A stretch of DNA of 64,000 nucleotides from positions 62,434,001 to 62,498,000 of the forward strand of contig NC_045705.1 in NCBI RefSeq assembly GCF_009834535.1, in the 5' to 3' direction. Below are positions 44,501 through 56,770 of this stretch, piece by piece (position 1 is the first letter of the stretch; each line of letters begins with the position of its first letter). Made by a program: the position numbers and the translations under genes. Under the pieces are notes generated by a model. That model saw only the letters and a program-made list of their open reading frames with translations, ran no database searches and was not told the origin of the DNA. This DNA comes from Camelus ferus (lineage: Eukaryota).

Positions 44501-47500
44501 CACCTTGGTGAGCACACGCCCTGTCTGGATGTCAGAGAAGGCCCAGTACTGAAAAGACAGAGACAACAGAGCCAGTAAGACAGTGGGCCCCAGGTTCCGG
44601 CAGCCCCGCAGGAAGGCAGGCCCCGGTTAGGCAGACCCCGCTAGGCTAGCCTTTCTTGGCAGAGGAAACACTCTCCCCCAGATTCTGGGGAACCAGCTGG
44701 GTCTGGTAAGATGTTCCCTCCTCCCAATGTCTGAGCTTCCCCGGGGCCTCTTCAGGGCCCCGGCTGGGACCACACCTGGTCATCAGAGGAGCTCAGGAGA
44801 TAGTCACCAGTGGCGTGGAGGCTGAGGCCGGTCACCGCACTCTCATGGGCCCGAACAACCTGTACACAAGAGGCATTCGGGACCGACCAAATCCTGATAG
44901 TGGCATCTGGGGAGGCAGAAAACACCAGCTCCTGAAAGAAAAGCAAAGATGCAGGTTATCAGAGCCAAAGAACCATCCTACAAAAGGGGACTAGGGACAA
45001 CTGCTCCTCTTCTCAGTCCCACCCTGCCTGGAACCACCCATCCACTCAAAAATGCCTAAGAGGATAAATGCTATCAGAATGAGAAATCAAACAGCATTTG
45101 GCCAAGAAGAGGCCCCGCCATCTAGTGGTAAAAAGGATAACTGCAGCAGAGGGAAACATCCCAAGCGGTTTCCAGGACCAGAGAAAAAGGTGGCTAGCGC
45201 AATTGAGAAACTAGAGAGTCAGTGCGGTTTCTCAGGCCCACATAACTTCACCAAGGAGACAGGAGGGGTGGGAGACTGGTTCTGGGACCCTAAACCACTG
45301 CTACAGGGCTCAGGAATGAGGGGCTGAGGGTACGAGGAGACCCCTTACCTGCGAAGGGTGAAACACCACACTGGTGACTTTCTTGGTATGGCCTTTGAGG
45401 GTGGCCAGGATTTGCTCAGAACTCTTGTCAAAGACAACAACATTTTTATCCGCCCCACCTGAAGAGAACCAAAGTGAGATCCAAAAATAAGTCAGGCCCC
45501 CCAGGTCCCTCTGCTGGAGAAGATCCTTTTGTTTCCAGGCTCACAGAGGACAGGAGCTTGCACTTTCCTCGCTGCCCTCCCTGCCCCGGCCTGCAGGGCC
45601 AAGCCGGCTCTCACCAGTGAGGATCTTGTTGGTGTCAGATGGGCAGAGGTCCAGGGCGAGGATCCCGGGAATGCTGGCACTGTGCAAGCCCTGTGCAGAC
45701 AGTGCCAGGTTAAATCCTGTCACGGCTGAATCAAGGCCACCACAAAGCCACATGAACCCCCCAGCCCTGGCCTCGGCAAACAAGGGTGACTTCTGTTCCG
45801 CATCCGCTGCGCTTGGCTTTCTGCCTGGATGCAGTAACCCCCTCACTGCACTATCAGGAAAGCCAGAGCTGGGCAGGAAGAGAAGCCCTGACAAGTCAGC
45901 AGCCAAGGCTAGAAACGGGGCCAGAGGCCCTGGACGGCACCCCGTGCTGGCCCCCTCCACCACAGAAACAGCCGGGGAGGGCCTTGTCTCCAAGTCAGCG
46001 GGGGCCCGGCCACTCACCACATGAGATGCCACCTGACGGTATTTGCTGAGCTCTTCTGGCTTCACCAGCTCCTCAGGCACCGTCTTCCCTCTCTGAGAAA
46101 AAGAAAGAGACCCCCATGAAAAGGGGCAGTGAGTGCAGGGTTCAGCCATCTCCCTTTCTCCTAAGGGGCTGACCACCTCCCCCAGGCCCACTCTCGCCCC
46201 CGGCTCTAGGAGGACTCACCTTCTTACGCTCCGTGGTGAGCACAGTGGCCTTGTCTTGCAGCTGAGGAAAGAGCCGGGAACAGGCTCAATGTCAGACAAA
46301 TTATTTTGCCAGGAAAACAGCCCGGGGGCTGCTGGTCACACTCTGCTCTCACAAGCATCACCAAGGACTCATCACCTGCCAGGCGCTGTGCTCAAGGCTA
46401 ATGTGCGTATCTCGCTTTACTTTCACTCCAACCTTATGAGGTGGGTGTTGATGACCTCATTTCAGGGGAGGAAACTGAGAAGTGAAGTCACTCGCCCAAG
46501 GTCACAGAGGAGATAAATGGCAGCGCTCCCAGACCGTGGCCGCGCCGCTGAGATCCCAGATGCGTGCGGACGACCTCAACTGCTCGGAAGAGACACAAAC
46601 TAGCCATTCCCACTAAGGAGGATGCTGTGACTACAACAGAGCGCCAGCCCTGGGCTCAGGGGCCAGCTCCACCTCCTGTGAGCTGGGCCTCTGAGTCTGA
46701 GTCTCAGGTTCTTTACAGATTCTTCATCTGTAAAATGTGAACAATGACTCCTGCCCTGTCTCCCTCAGCAGAAAAACCATGAAAACGTGTAACAAAACGT
46801 TCTAGTGTCTGCAAAGAACCCTCATGAGAGCTGCAAGTTGTTGCACTTCACAGAATTAAAATCCTTAAAATCCCCACAAGTTTATAAAGTAGGTACTATT
46901 ATCCTCACTCTACAAGCCAGGGAATTAAGACACAGGATTGGCTGAGCCCACCCAAGGTCATAAAGCTCAGCAGTGGTGACATGAGAACACAAACCCAGGC
47001 AGTCTGGTCCAAGTCTGTGCTCTGCACCACGGCTCCACCTCCAAGTGGATACGACCAGCATTCCTACTGGACTCAAGGCAGGTAGTGAAAGGGGAGGGCC
47101 CATCAGCCCTCCAGCCGAGTGAGAGAGCGACGTACCTTCTGAATAATCTCGGGGGTCATTCCCACGAGCTCGCCCAAATCCATTGGCTCGCCTGCACCCT
47201 GAAGGGAAGGAAGGGGAAGGTGAGAGGAGCACAGAATGCCGGAGACTCTCACAGAAGGGCAACAGGCGCCTCCTCACACAAACGGGCGGCTGGCAGGGCC
47301 AGGGGGACACTCACCACAACGCTCGGCTGGGAGCTTGGCACAGCCTGGGGCACGATGAGACCAGCCTGTGGTTTCAGGGTCGCCAGAGCTGCACGAGAAA
47401 GGGACATTAGAAACGGGGTGCTGTAAAACAGGCCCAGCCCGGAGTGAGGGATGGCAGGGGAGAGGCTGGACCTTCTCGAGCAGCAGTGACTTCCTTGGTG

Positions 47501-50471
47501 AGACGGGCAATGACCCGGCAGGCGGCATCGTGCTGGTACAGGGCATGGGACAGCTCCTGGCGAGTGGTCTGCAGCTGCTGGCGCAGGGTGAAGCTGTGGA
47601 GCATGACTGCATCCTGGGAGAGGGAGACACTGCTGTGAGGGCCGGGAGGAGGAGGGAGCACCCAGCAAGAGAGTCAGCCCTTGATAAGAGGAGGCTGCCT
47701 CCCATCCCATGGCCTAGACCAGTATCCACGACCCGGGATGCAATACAGACACTCCCGGGCTCCCAGCCGGCACCAAACACTGGGCACACAGACGAGAGTG
47801 GGAGCCAGCTCCTTCCCTTCCCCATCCTCTCGAATTTGCCAGTGAATCTCAGGAGTTATGCGGTCACCTCACCAAAAGGGAATACAAATGCTACTGCTGC
47901 TGTTCACTGGTGGCCCTGGATGTGTCAGGCACTGGCCAGCCAGGCCCCGGATGTACTCATCCCTTCACATTTCAGAGCACCCACTAGGCATGGGCACTGC
48001 TCTCGATGCTGGAGCTGTACCGATGAGTAACACAAGGCCCTGACCCCATGAAGCTTATACTCTAATCTCACTCAAATTCTCCCCAAACCCTGATTGACAG
48101 GCACTAACGTGTGTCCTCCAGTTGGGAAAATCAAGACTCAGATGCAAGCACCCTGCCCAGGGTGACATGGCAAGCGGGCATCGGAGCTAAGTGTGCAACC
48201 GGGATCTGTGTGGCTTCAACCACCAGGCTCCTCTTCTGCCCTCACCCACCCCGCAGAACAGAAAACAATGCTCCATCCTTCTCAACCCCACATCCTGGTC
48301 CAATGACCCACTCTTTTCAAGTGGGGAAAACACCACTTCTCTTCCAGGGACTCACCCACTCATCCTGCAAGGCTTTTAGGATGGCTGGGATGCTGGTGGC
48401 TGAGGGAGGCTTGGGCCGGATTGGGTGAGCAACTGCCAAGAGAGGGAAAGTGGGTCTGAAAAACCATAACCTGGGGTGTGCTACCCCTCCCCACTCTTCC
48501 CCTCCACCTGCACTAACAGACCACCGCCTCCTCCCCTGGTGCACTGGCCCCCCTCTCCGGCTCTGAGCTAGGAGCGCCTCAGACTGCAGCCAGCCAGTGG
48601 GCACCTTTGATGTCAATGAGCTGCTCCTCGGACAGAGGCTGGTTGTTGATGGGGTCTGTGCCGTTCTCTGCAATGTACTTCTCAATGAGCCGCCGCTCAT
48701 AGACATGATTAGAGACTGGGGACACACATGGGTGCTCTGGCACTTCATTGGAGACTGCGGAGAAAAGGCAGGCAGTCAGCTTGGCGGGTGAAAGGGACCT
48801 TGGGCCAAGGAGATGTTTCCCTGCCTACTGGCCTCAACAAGACCACGCGTCCCTACACTAACAGGAATCAAGACATGACACTAAGCCAGTTTTGGACTGT
48901 ACCCAGAACGTTGTCCAGCAACCTAACTAGCTTCTCCATCAGTCTCCCATCAGTCCATCAACAAATAATTATTGCACAACTACCATCCACCGGGCGCTTG
49001 AGAGCGGTCAGTAATCCTTGCCCATCTCATTTCTGAATGAAGGTGCTTAGGCACCCATTATACTGGACGACAGGGAGATACACACGAAGCCACTCAAATC
49101 TCGGGCTAGAGCCTAGATGGATTCTCAGACAAAGAAATTACAAAGCAATATAACAAATGCTGTAATAACAAAAAGCATTTACACGGTGTTTACTAGATGC
49201 CAAGCACGACTATAAACACTTCCGCAGATTAACTCATCCTCACAACCACCCTCAACAGAGCTATCGTTTATACCCCTTGAGGACAGGGATTATAGCTGGT
49301 CTCTGACTTCCAGAACAATGCAGATGCCCAGCAGGCAGTCAGTAAACATCTAACAGATGAGCGAATGAGAGGAAGGATGGTGCTGGGGAACACGTAAAAG
49401 GGGTTCCTCAAGACTGAAAGGAAACAGTAAATGTGAAAATACTCTGCACATTGTAATTTCTTTAAATGTGAAAAGTTCTTTTTTCTAGCCACGTTCTCTT
49501 CCCTCCTTCTTCTCTTTGTTTGGATTTATGGAGAGGTTCTCAGAAGACTAAAGGGCTTGAGAGTTAGGAAGCAAGGAGAGAAAAAGCTGAGAAATTAATA
49601 ACCTGATGAACAATGAGAATGGAAAACATCTCCATGCCTCAATGAAACACCAAAAGGAAAGACAGTACAAGGCATTTGAAAAAAGCATGGATTCAGGGTC
49701 AGAGAACCTGGCTCCATCACCCAGCTTCGCCAGTTAATTAGCTATTCTGTTTGACAAAAGCCACATTTTCCTTGGGCATTACATCCTTATCTGTAAAATC
49801 GGACCTTTATTTCTGCTTTGGAGCATTCTTGTGAGGATATAATGAGATCACAGACTTGCAAGTGCACTGTAAACCAATAAAAGCTTTATAAATGTGCGCT
49901 GTTTTTACTAGTCCTACAGCGTGAGGCTGGGAGCCAGAGACCTGGCTTTCAGCCCTGTCACTGCCTCCAACTCACTGTGTGACCTTCGCAAATTACAGAA
50001 GCTCTGCCGACCCGAGCAGGGCCTCAGACAACATCCAGTGCCAAGGCCTTCATTTTGCAGATGGGTAAACAGAGGCCCGCATCCTCCTGCCAGATCACAA
50101 AGCCAACTGGAGGAGGATCCTGCACAAGCCTTCGGGCTTCCCGATTCCTACACCAGAGCTGTTTCCCCTGCACCAGCTCTCTCTATGCAGGCCTCAGTTC
50201 CACTGCGCAAAAGAGATGGATGGCCTCAGTGCCTGCGACAATACGTTTGAGGCTTTAGGTAAACTATGAAGCGCTGCGCAAATGCACCCCACGCTTGAGG
50301 AGGAAGACCCCCGGGCTGACAGGCAGCCCCCCTGCCTCCCAGGAGCCCTGTTTTCACCTCCGCCCCCACCCCTGCACCGCAGCGGCTCGTAGATCCTCCT
50401 GCTCGGCTCTCCGGCCTCCTGCGACCCGCGATCGGCCTTAGCCCATACTCACTAGAGCAGATCAGGGACAT
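41497..50471 (-). CDS. PRPF19: Pre-mRNA processing factor 19 (U-box E3 ligase, coiled coil, WD40), 504 aa, 16 exons
   Basis: complement join 50453..50471,48605..48754,48356..48432,47472..47613,47315..47388,47136..47198,46220..46261,46018..46092,45615..45690,45349..45458,44776..44931,44479..44548,44160..44245,43744..43914,43511..43616,41497..41594 = 1515 nt. All introns GT-AG; protein near-identical to recalled human [19 protein letters not shown]...[10 protein letters not shown]. Confidence 0.98.
42923..43244. mobile_element. MER2/Tigger-type DNA transposon in PRPF19 intron 15, inserted into a MIR
   Basis: TA|cagagtt..ggttctaggaacccctgcagataccaaaatccacgaatgctcaagtcc..gatccacagttggttgagtctg..gactg|TA. 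Confidence 0.8.
43511..43616 (-). CDS. PRPF19: PRPF19 exon 15
   Basis: [35 protein letters not shown]. Confidence 0.96.
43744..43914 (-). CDS. PRPF19: PRPF19 exon 14
   Basis: [57 protein letters not shown]. Confidence 0.96.
44160..44245 (-). CDS. PRPF19: PRPF19 exon 13
   Basis: [28 protein letters not shown]. Confidence 0.96.
44479..44548 (-). CDS. PRPF19: PRPF19 exon 12
   Basis: [23 protein letters not shown]. Confidence 0.96.
44776..44931 (-). CDS. PRPF19: PRPF19 exon 11
   Basis: [52 protein letters not shown]. Confidence 0.96.
45349..45458 (-). CDS. PRPF19: PRPF19 exon 10
   Basis: [36 protein letters not shown]. Confidence 0.96.
45615..45690 (-). CDS. PRPF19: PRPF19 exon 9
   Basis: [25 protein letters not shown]. 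Confidence 0.96.
46018..46092 (-). CDS. PRPF19: PRPF19 exon 8
   Basis: [25 protein letters not shown]. Confidence 0.96.
46220..46261 (-). CDS. PRPF19: PRPF19 exon 7
   Basis: [14 protein letters not shown]. Confidence 0.96.
47136..47198 (-). CDS. PRPF19: PRPF19 exon 6
   Basis: [21 protein letters not shown]. Confidence 0.96.
47315..47388 (-). CDS. PRPF19: PRPF19 exon 5
   Basis: [24 protein letters not shown]. Confidence 0.96.
47472..47613 (-). CDS. PRPF19: PRPF19 exon 4 (coiled coil)
   Basis: [47 protein letters not shown]. Confidence 0.97.
48356..48432 (-). CDS. PRPF19: PRPF19 exon 3
   Basis: [25 protein letters not shown]. Confidence 0.97.
48605..48754 (-). CDS. PRPF19: PRPF19 exon 2 (U-box)
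   Basis: [49 protein letters not shown]. Confidence 0.97.
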
Positions 50472-51010
50472 GGCGCCGTCGCTACGCTCCGAGGCGTCTC
50501 ACACCGAGCTCCGGGATCGGCTTCTCAGCCCCCTCGGGCCACTTCCGGTTCCTCGCTGCTTCCGGGACGCTCCGCGGCGAGCGGGGAGCGACCCCGCCGA
50601 GCGAAGCCCGCCTAGCGCTTCACGTGGAACCACGGCTGGTCGCGCGCCTCAGCCTCCAGCACTTAACGGAAACTGCCCTTTCCCAGAATGCAACCGTGCA
50701 GGAAAGGGAGCGCCAGGTCATACTCGGCTATTTCCGGGCCCACTCGGTTCCTTCCGTAACGCGCCCCTGGAGGAGGAGAGGAGGCCCGAAACTACATTTC
50801 CCATGATGCAGTGGGCCTTTTTAAAAAGCCGATCAATTCGGCAACACACTTGAGAACAGAGCTTGTTGGGGCCGTGGGATCGTAGTCTTCCAAACTTTGG
50901 CGTGCGAGAATCTCTTAAAATGCATCTTCCTGGGGTCTGCTTAAGAGAGCCTGCGTTTTCAGTGCGTGCCCCACGTGATTCCCGGGCAAGCGTTTCTCGG
51001 ACTACCCTTA
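50250..51010 (-). promoter_or_regulatory. PRPF19 CpG-island promoter: ETS/GABP CCGGAAG (~50543, ~50559), E-boxes CACGTG (50621, 50972), ZNF143/THAP11-type ACTACAnnTCCCA (50791-50803 +; 50875-50886 -)
   Basis: CpG-dense region around exon 1; motifs read directly. Confidence 0.75.
50453..50471 (-). CDS. PRPF19: PRPF19 exon 1 (coding part)
   Basis: ATG TCC CTG ATC TGC TCT A|gtgagt. Confidence 0.95.
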
Positions 51011-52767
51011 GAAAGACCCAGTGAAGAAGCCGTGGATGCAGATGGGTGAAGAAAACTAACGCTGGCCAAGCAACTGTTCTGGTCCTACCTTTTCTACCAA
51101 TTTGCTCTGTGATTTTGGCCGAGTCATCAACTTCTCTTCGGCCACACTGGCATTTCAGGTCCTCAAACTTACCCTCTCTGGCTGGTTCCAGTGCTTTTGC
51201 CTGGAATACTTTCGTCAACTCGGACTGTCCCTCCTTCCCTTCCCGCCTATCCCCTCCAAAGGAAACTTCAGTCTCACCTTAAATGGTACTTCCTCTGGAG
51301 TCTTGTTCTTGACTTCTGAATTTTAGTCCGCACAGCACTCTGTAATTCTCCTCTGAACCATTCTGAATAACTATAATCATTTAATTATGTACAAGTAAAT
51401 GTTTGATGTCTGGATACTCCGCTAGACTGTAAACTCCGAGATGACAGGAATCATCATTGTTGTGGTCACTGTTGCTTCGCAGAGTCTAACGCAGTGCCTG
51501 ACACATAGCGGGAAAGTCATAACTATTGGTTGAACGACAGACTGCCTGCCAGGCCAGGCAGCTTAAGTACTTGGATGTGGTAGGAAATAAAGTGGAACCA
51601 TTTAGATGGGACCTTGAACCAGAGTTGGTTAGACTTGACTGGGCTAGCAGTGGAACAGCAGTTCAGCTGTGAAGTGATAACCATGTTTCTAGAAGATTCC
51701 TCTGGAAGACATTTACTGAATGGGTTGGGAGGGGACAGACTGGAGGGAGAGGGACACAAAAATTTATTTATTGGACAAATCTTTGTTGAGTGCCCACTGT
51801 GGCCAGTCAGGAGGCACTGTACTTGGCATTGGGGATAGGACTCTGAGTGAAACAGAGTTGTCCCTATGTGGGGGAGCTTATGGCTGTGATGGAAGAATGG
51901 AGGAAAGGGGGAGTCTCTTCAAGGCTTTTGAGTTTTAAAAGCCAGCTCTTCAGGGAATAGAAAGGATTCAGGGCAATTGATTTTGGAGTAAATATTACAG
52001 GTGAGAACTTGATCTCAGATTACTCACCACTCCTCCCAATCTCAGCCTCCCCACAGAGGAGATAAAGATTATCTAAGGCTGGGAAGGGACACGTTGGGGA
52101 AGGGATATATACATGCATAGCTGTCAGTGGGTCCTTGAGACAGGAACTCTATGTCCTGCTTCCCCAGGCCAGGGCTGCTGTTACTTGGGAAGCAAGGCAA
52201 CATATTGGGCAAATAATCCAGAAGAAGCTCCATTTCCCATATAGATTTAGTTGCAACCTATGTGGACAAGAGACAGACAATTAAGAAGGACAATGCAGCT
52301 CAAAGAGGTTTAGATGAATTCTTCTCGTTCCCCCCTCCAACTCTATGTTAATTTTCCAAAAGGTGTGTACAACCTGAGAAACAAGGATAGAAAGAACCCT
52401 GAACTGTCTGAGGATGTTTCTACCACTCAGCTGGAAGAGAGTTGAAAAGAAATTAACTTGTCATAGGAAAAAAAAAAAAAAAGAAAAGTTACATTTCTTG
52501 CATGGGAAAGTCCACGACATGAGGTTGGTAGTTCTACAAATAAGAAACGATCTCACAAGCACATGTGAGGTTCCAACTGTGCAACTGTTAGAAAGGCTGG
52601 AAGGTGAGGCCCAGGATGCTGCTAGAGCCCGTTCTGGAAGAAAGAGACCCTTAGCCAAGGGAGGAAGTAATAAGGGGCCAGAGGAAGATGGGTATGTCTG
52701 GGAAACATCTGAAGGAAAGAAACAACTTGACATGATGGCAGACTGGTGGCTACTCATGTGTAGTCTG

Positions 52768-53144
52768 TGTGAAACAAGGACTCACCATATGGTCCTCCAA
52801 GGATGAAGTCATTAGCCACTACAGTCGCTGCCCTACAGCACACCCTGAAAAGAATTCAGAATGAAGAACGGGATGAGCCACTCTGTGCTTTGGCAAAACA
52901 GGTCCTTACATAGTTAGATATAACAGGAAAAAAATTTAATGAACCCCAACTTTCCACTGAGACATATGCTGGATCGCTGATGCTTCTTAGCCAAAATCAC
53001 AGGTACACTGGCCTCTCCCCAAACCTCTTCTGAGCAGTTTCTCAGACTATCTGAGAGGCTGTCTCCTGGGCTAGAGTCCTCAGTAAGACACTGCATAAAA
53101 CTCAACTCATAACTCTTATGTTGTGCACTTTTTTTCAATTGACA
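52768..53144 (+). mobile_element. ERV 5' LTR
   Basis: Colinear with 56771-57234 except a ~90-nt indel; followed by the PBS. Confidence 0.85.
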
Positions 53145-54022
53145 GTTTTGGTGACCATGAAAGGACCCAGAGCAACCTCTCTCCTTTGCCTGAACTCTAA
53201 TAGGATCCAGAACCATGGTACCAGCAAGGGCCCCTTGTGCCTGTCTGCCTCCTTGGTGTGCCCAGATGAATTTAGGTGAGTCACTCCTGGTCTTGCTCTA
53301 GCATCTTGGTTGACAATCCTGAGTTTTATTCAGAGATTGTTAAACTCCTCACTATGAGGAGCAAGTTACCCTTGAACTTAGGATTCAAGAACAGGTGCCT
53401 TTATTTCCCAGTTGACAGACACTGGGAAGATTTTGCTCAGTTGAAAGACAGTGAGGAGATTGGGACTGGGTGATTAGGGAGGAGGCTGACCTGATATCTT
53501 TCCTCAAATCGGCTTCACAGACTTTAACAGAATTTGTTAAAGAATTTATTTCACAAAAATAACTAAATTTCCTTGACAATTGCATTGTAATCACGTCTTT
53601 AACCATGCCTTTTAAAGTCTTTTTTCATTTATAGACAGCTAGTGTTTTGCTCTGATGCTTTTTGAAAAGTACAGGTTTCTGATAAGTTTCAGATTATACT
53701 TCTAAACTGGGTAAGAAATTAAAGAATTCTGTTGGAAAAACTGATGTCTTTATAAAACTAACAGAGTATCAATATCAACAAGTATAACTTTTTATCTGAA
53801 ATGTTTTTGGCTTTTAATCTTCGTTTTCCAGATATAAGGAAACCTTTTCCCTTAAGCTGTGACTTACAGCAATTTGGTAAATTATACCTTTGTAAGCAGA
53901 ATTGAAATGTTTATCTTTTCTCTCTACCTGATACCTTCAGAATTTGTAAACTCTTTGTGAGTATTCTTAGTCTCACGGCAATATAGTTATTCGTGTAAGT
54001 TCAGTAAGAAACTGTTCCCCTT

Positions 54023-54725
54023 GAGCCCTCCTACACTGTTAGTGGGAATATAGTTTGGTGCAGCCATTATGGAAAACAGTATGGAGATTCCTTAAAAAAC
54101 TAAAAATAGTTTTAGTTACTGAATGAGAAAACTAATTCAAAANNNNNNNNNNNNNNNNNNNNNNNNNNNNNNNNNNNNNNNNNNNNNNNNNNNNNNNNNN
54201 NNNNNNNNNNNNNNNNNNNNNNNNNNNNNNNNNNNNNNNNNNNNNNNNNNNNNNNNNNNNNNNNNNNNNNNNNNNNNNNNNNNNNNNNNNNNNNNNNNNN
54301 NNNNNNNNNNTTAGATGGTCCTAGAGATTATCATATTAAGTGAGGTAAGTCAGACAGAGAAAGACAAATAGCATTTGATGTCATTTATTTGTGGAATCTA
54401 AAAAAAAAGGCACAAATGAACTTATTTACAAAACAGGAACAGACTCACAGACATAGAAAACAAACTTAGGGTTACCAAAGGGGAAAGGGGGACGAAGGGA
54501 TAAATTAGGAGTTTGGAATGAACTACTATATATAAAATTGATAAACAGCAAGTTCCAACTGTGTAGAACAGGGAACTATATTAAATTGCTTGTAATAACC
54601 TATAATGAGAAAGAATATGAAAAAGAATATATATGTATGTATAACTGAATTACTATGCTGTACACCAGAAACTAAGACAACATTGTAAATCCACTATACT
54701 TCAATTTAAAAAAAAAGAAAAGAAA
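54023..54725 (+). mobile_element. L1 3'-end fragment (artiodactyl type) nested in the ERV; 168 N inside
   Basis: ccctcctacactgttagtgggaat...gagattatcatattaagtgaggtaagtcagacagagaaagac...aacattgtaaatccactatacttcaatttaaaaaaa. Confidence 0.9.
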
Positions 54726-55579
54726 GCCACTTCCTGGCAGATGCAAAAACCTCAAGATATTTTCGACTTCAAGAAGAGAGTAATTCATCCAAATTTATAG
54801 GTATTCAAGACAGAATCTGATGGCAAATCCTTGGCATGCATTTCCTGGCCTTGAGAGGACTTTTAAAGTTCAGTTTGAGAATTCTTATGAAAAGTCCCAG
54901 CAAAGTCAATTTAAAAGAGCGTATATGATCTATTACACTTATATGAATAATGAAGCCAAGTTTATTGAAACCAGACTTATTCTGCAAACAAATTAGTCTT
55001 AATTTTGGCTATATTTGGTAGAGTGAGGGTGGTTTTGGAGAGAAGAATTAGGTTTCAGTAATACACCTTTGTGGATATTAAGTTCTAGTGTTGTTAATTA
55101 TCTTTGAGTTTTGGTATTTACTGCCTAAGACTCACTTCCTAGATGGTCCCTTTTACTATGTTGCATTATTGTAAAGCTTAATTGAATTATTAAAAGGACA
55201 TTCTAAGCTAGTTTCTGAAGCTTATCATAGTAATCTGTCTTGGGATAAAGATCAGATGCCCCATGACCTGCAACCAGGGGATTACGCATACTGGAAAAGA
55301 CATCATTTAAAGGACTCTCTCCAACCTAAATCAAAGGATACTTATCAGGTACTCTTAACTAGATCCTGTGAAGTGAAACTGAAGGGAACTCTGACTCTTG
55401 GATTCATATCTCCCACTTTAAAAGGCCCTCCTGTACCAAACTGGTCTATGGAGAGGACTGCTGACCTAAAATCACCTTAAAACAACACTCAGAGGAGAAA
55501 CTACAACTGCACCAGGATGAGGAGAAGGTGACATCAAAAAAAATTTAAAATAAAAGAATAAATTTAAAAAATTTGTTAA

Positions 55580-55690
55580 GGGGAGGGTAATAGCTCAGTG
55601 GTAGAGCACATGCTTAGCATGCACGAGGTCCTGGGTTCAAACCCCAGTACCTCCACCGGAAAAAAAAAAAAGAAAGAAAGAAAGAAGAAG
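55580..55690 (+). mobile_element. tRNA-Ala-derived camelid SINE (vic-1-like)
   Basis: ggggagggtaatagctcagtggtagagcacatgcttagcatgcacgaggtcctgggttcaaaccccagtacctcca plus A/GAAA tail; A and B boxes. Confidence 0.88.
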
Positions 55691-56770
55691 ATGACATCAG
55701 AAGTAGACAGCTATCCCAAGATACTGGGCCTGACCTGTGTGATTATTTATAATGTTTTCTTGATTTCAATTGCAAGTACAAATCCTGTGCAGTTTAAAAG
55801 TCAATCCAATTGTCAAGTTATGGTCAATTAGTCATGTCCAGTATTTCTGGTTTACCTTGGTGGATTTCTCCACTCCAAGACTTTGATTGGGTAGCCCTTA
55901 GGAAATTTATTCTAGAAGAAAGAAGTTATATAGTTCTGTTCAGGCCATTACTGAAATTACTAGATGGGACCCCCCCCTCACTTGGCTAATCAATCATACC
56001 TGCTCTGACTCTGGTCATAAATAGAAATTTTCTTTAAAGTTTACTCCATCAGAACAATGAGCTAAATTTCAGTCAAAAACCATAACTTCTTGCTTATTCG
56101 GCGAGATCCTCCCTCAGTTATGGATGGTTATATATGGTTAACACCAGGCTATGGTCATTTTAGTTTAAAGGCCCCATTATGTTGGGAATAATTAAATTAT
56201 ACTAGGAATAATCAGCCTAATTACATTAGGAAATTGGGCTGAGTGTCTTATGAATAATGCCAATATATCATTACCCTTAAAGACAGCAATTGACTAGGTC
56301 AGATGACTGGGGATATATTGGGCTGCACCAAATGGAAGTTCTTGGTTTAACTTCTTCCTTATGACCTTATTCATGCTTCTAGGTGTCTTACTGGCATTCT
56401 GCCTCTTCTATGACATTGTCATTTCTTTCATTACCCAGCATGTCACTGAGCCTCTGACAAAAATAATGTTGACTAAACAACTTGAAACCATTGATCAAAT
56501 ATATAATTCTATATAAGATTAAAATGATTGTAATAGTGTAACTCTAGACATGGGAGGAAGCAACAAGAGGGAATCATTTCCTGGACCAGCAAGATAGGTG
56601 GTCCAGAGACTTTTATGGCTACCTAACAGGAAGTCCAGCAATAGCGCACTGAGTGGCATATCAACGAAATCCTCACCTGACCTAGGAATAAGCCTTACTA
56701 GCACCATGTGACAAACTACTTACAAAAGGCCTCCCAAACCTTGGTCAAATTTATGACCACAAGGGGGCAG

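Noticed and set aside
45541-46191. 216-aa ORF spanning PRPF19 exons 8-9
   Set aside because: Chance read-through of introns that carry canonical GT-AG sites.
55580-55655. Possible tRNA-Ala(AGC) gene
   Set aside because: Altered acceptor region, A-rich tail, TSD and two similar decayed copies in the window indicate a tRNA-derived SINE.
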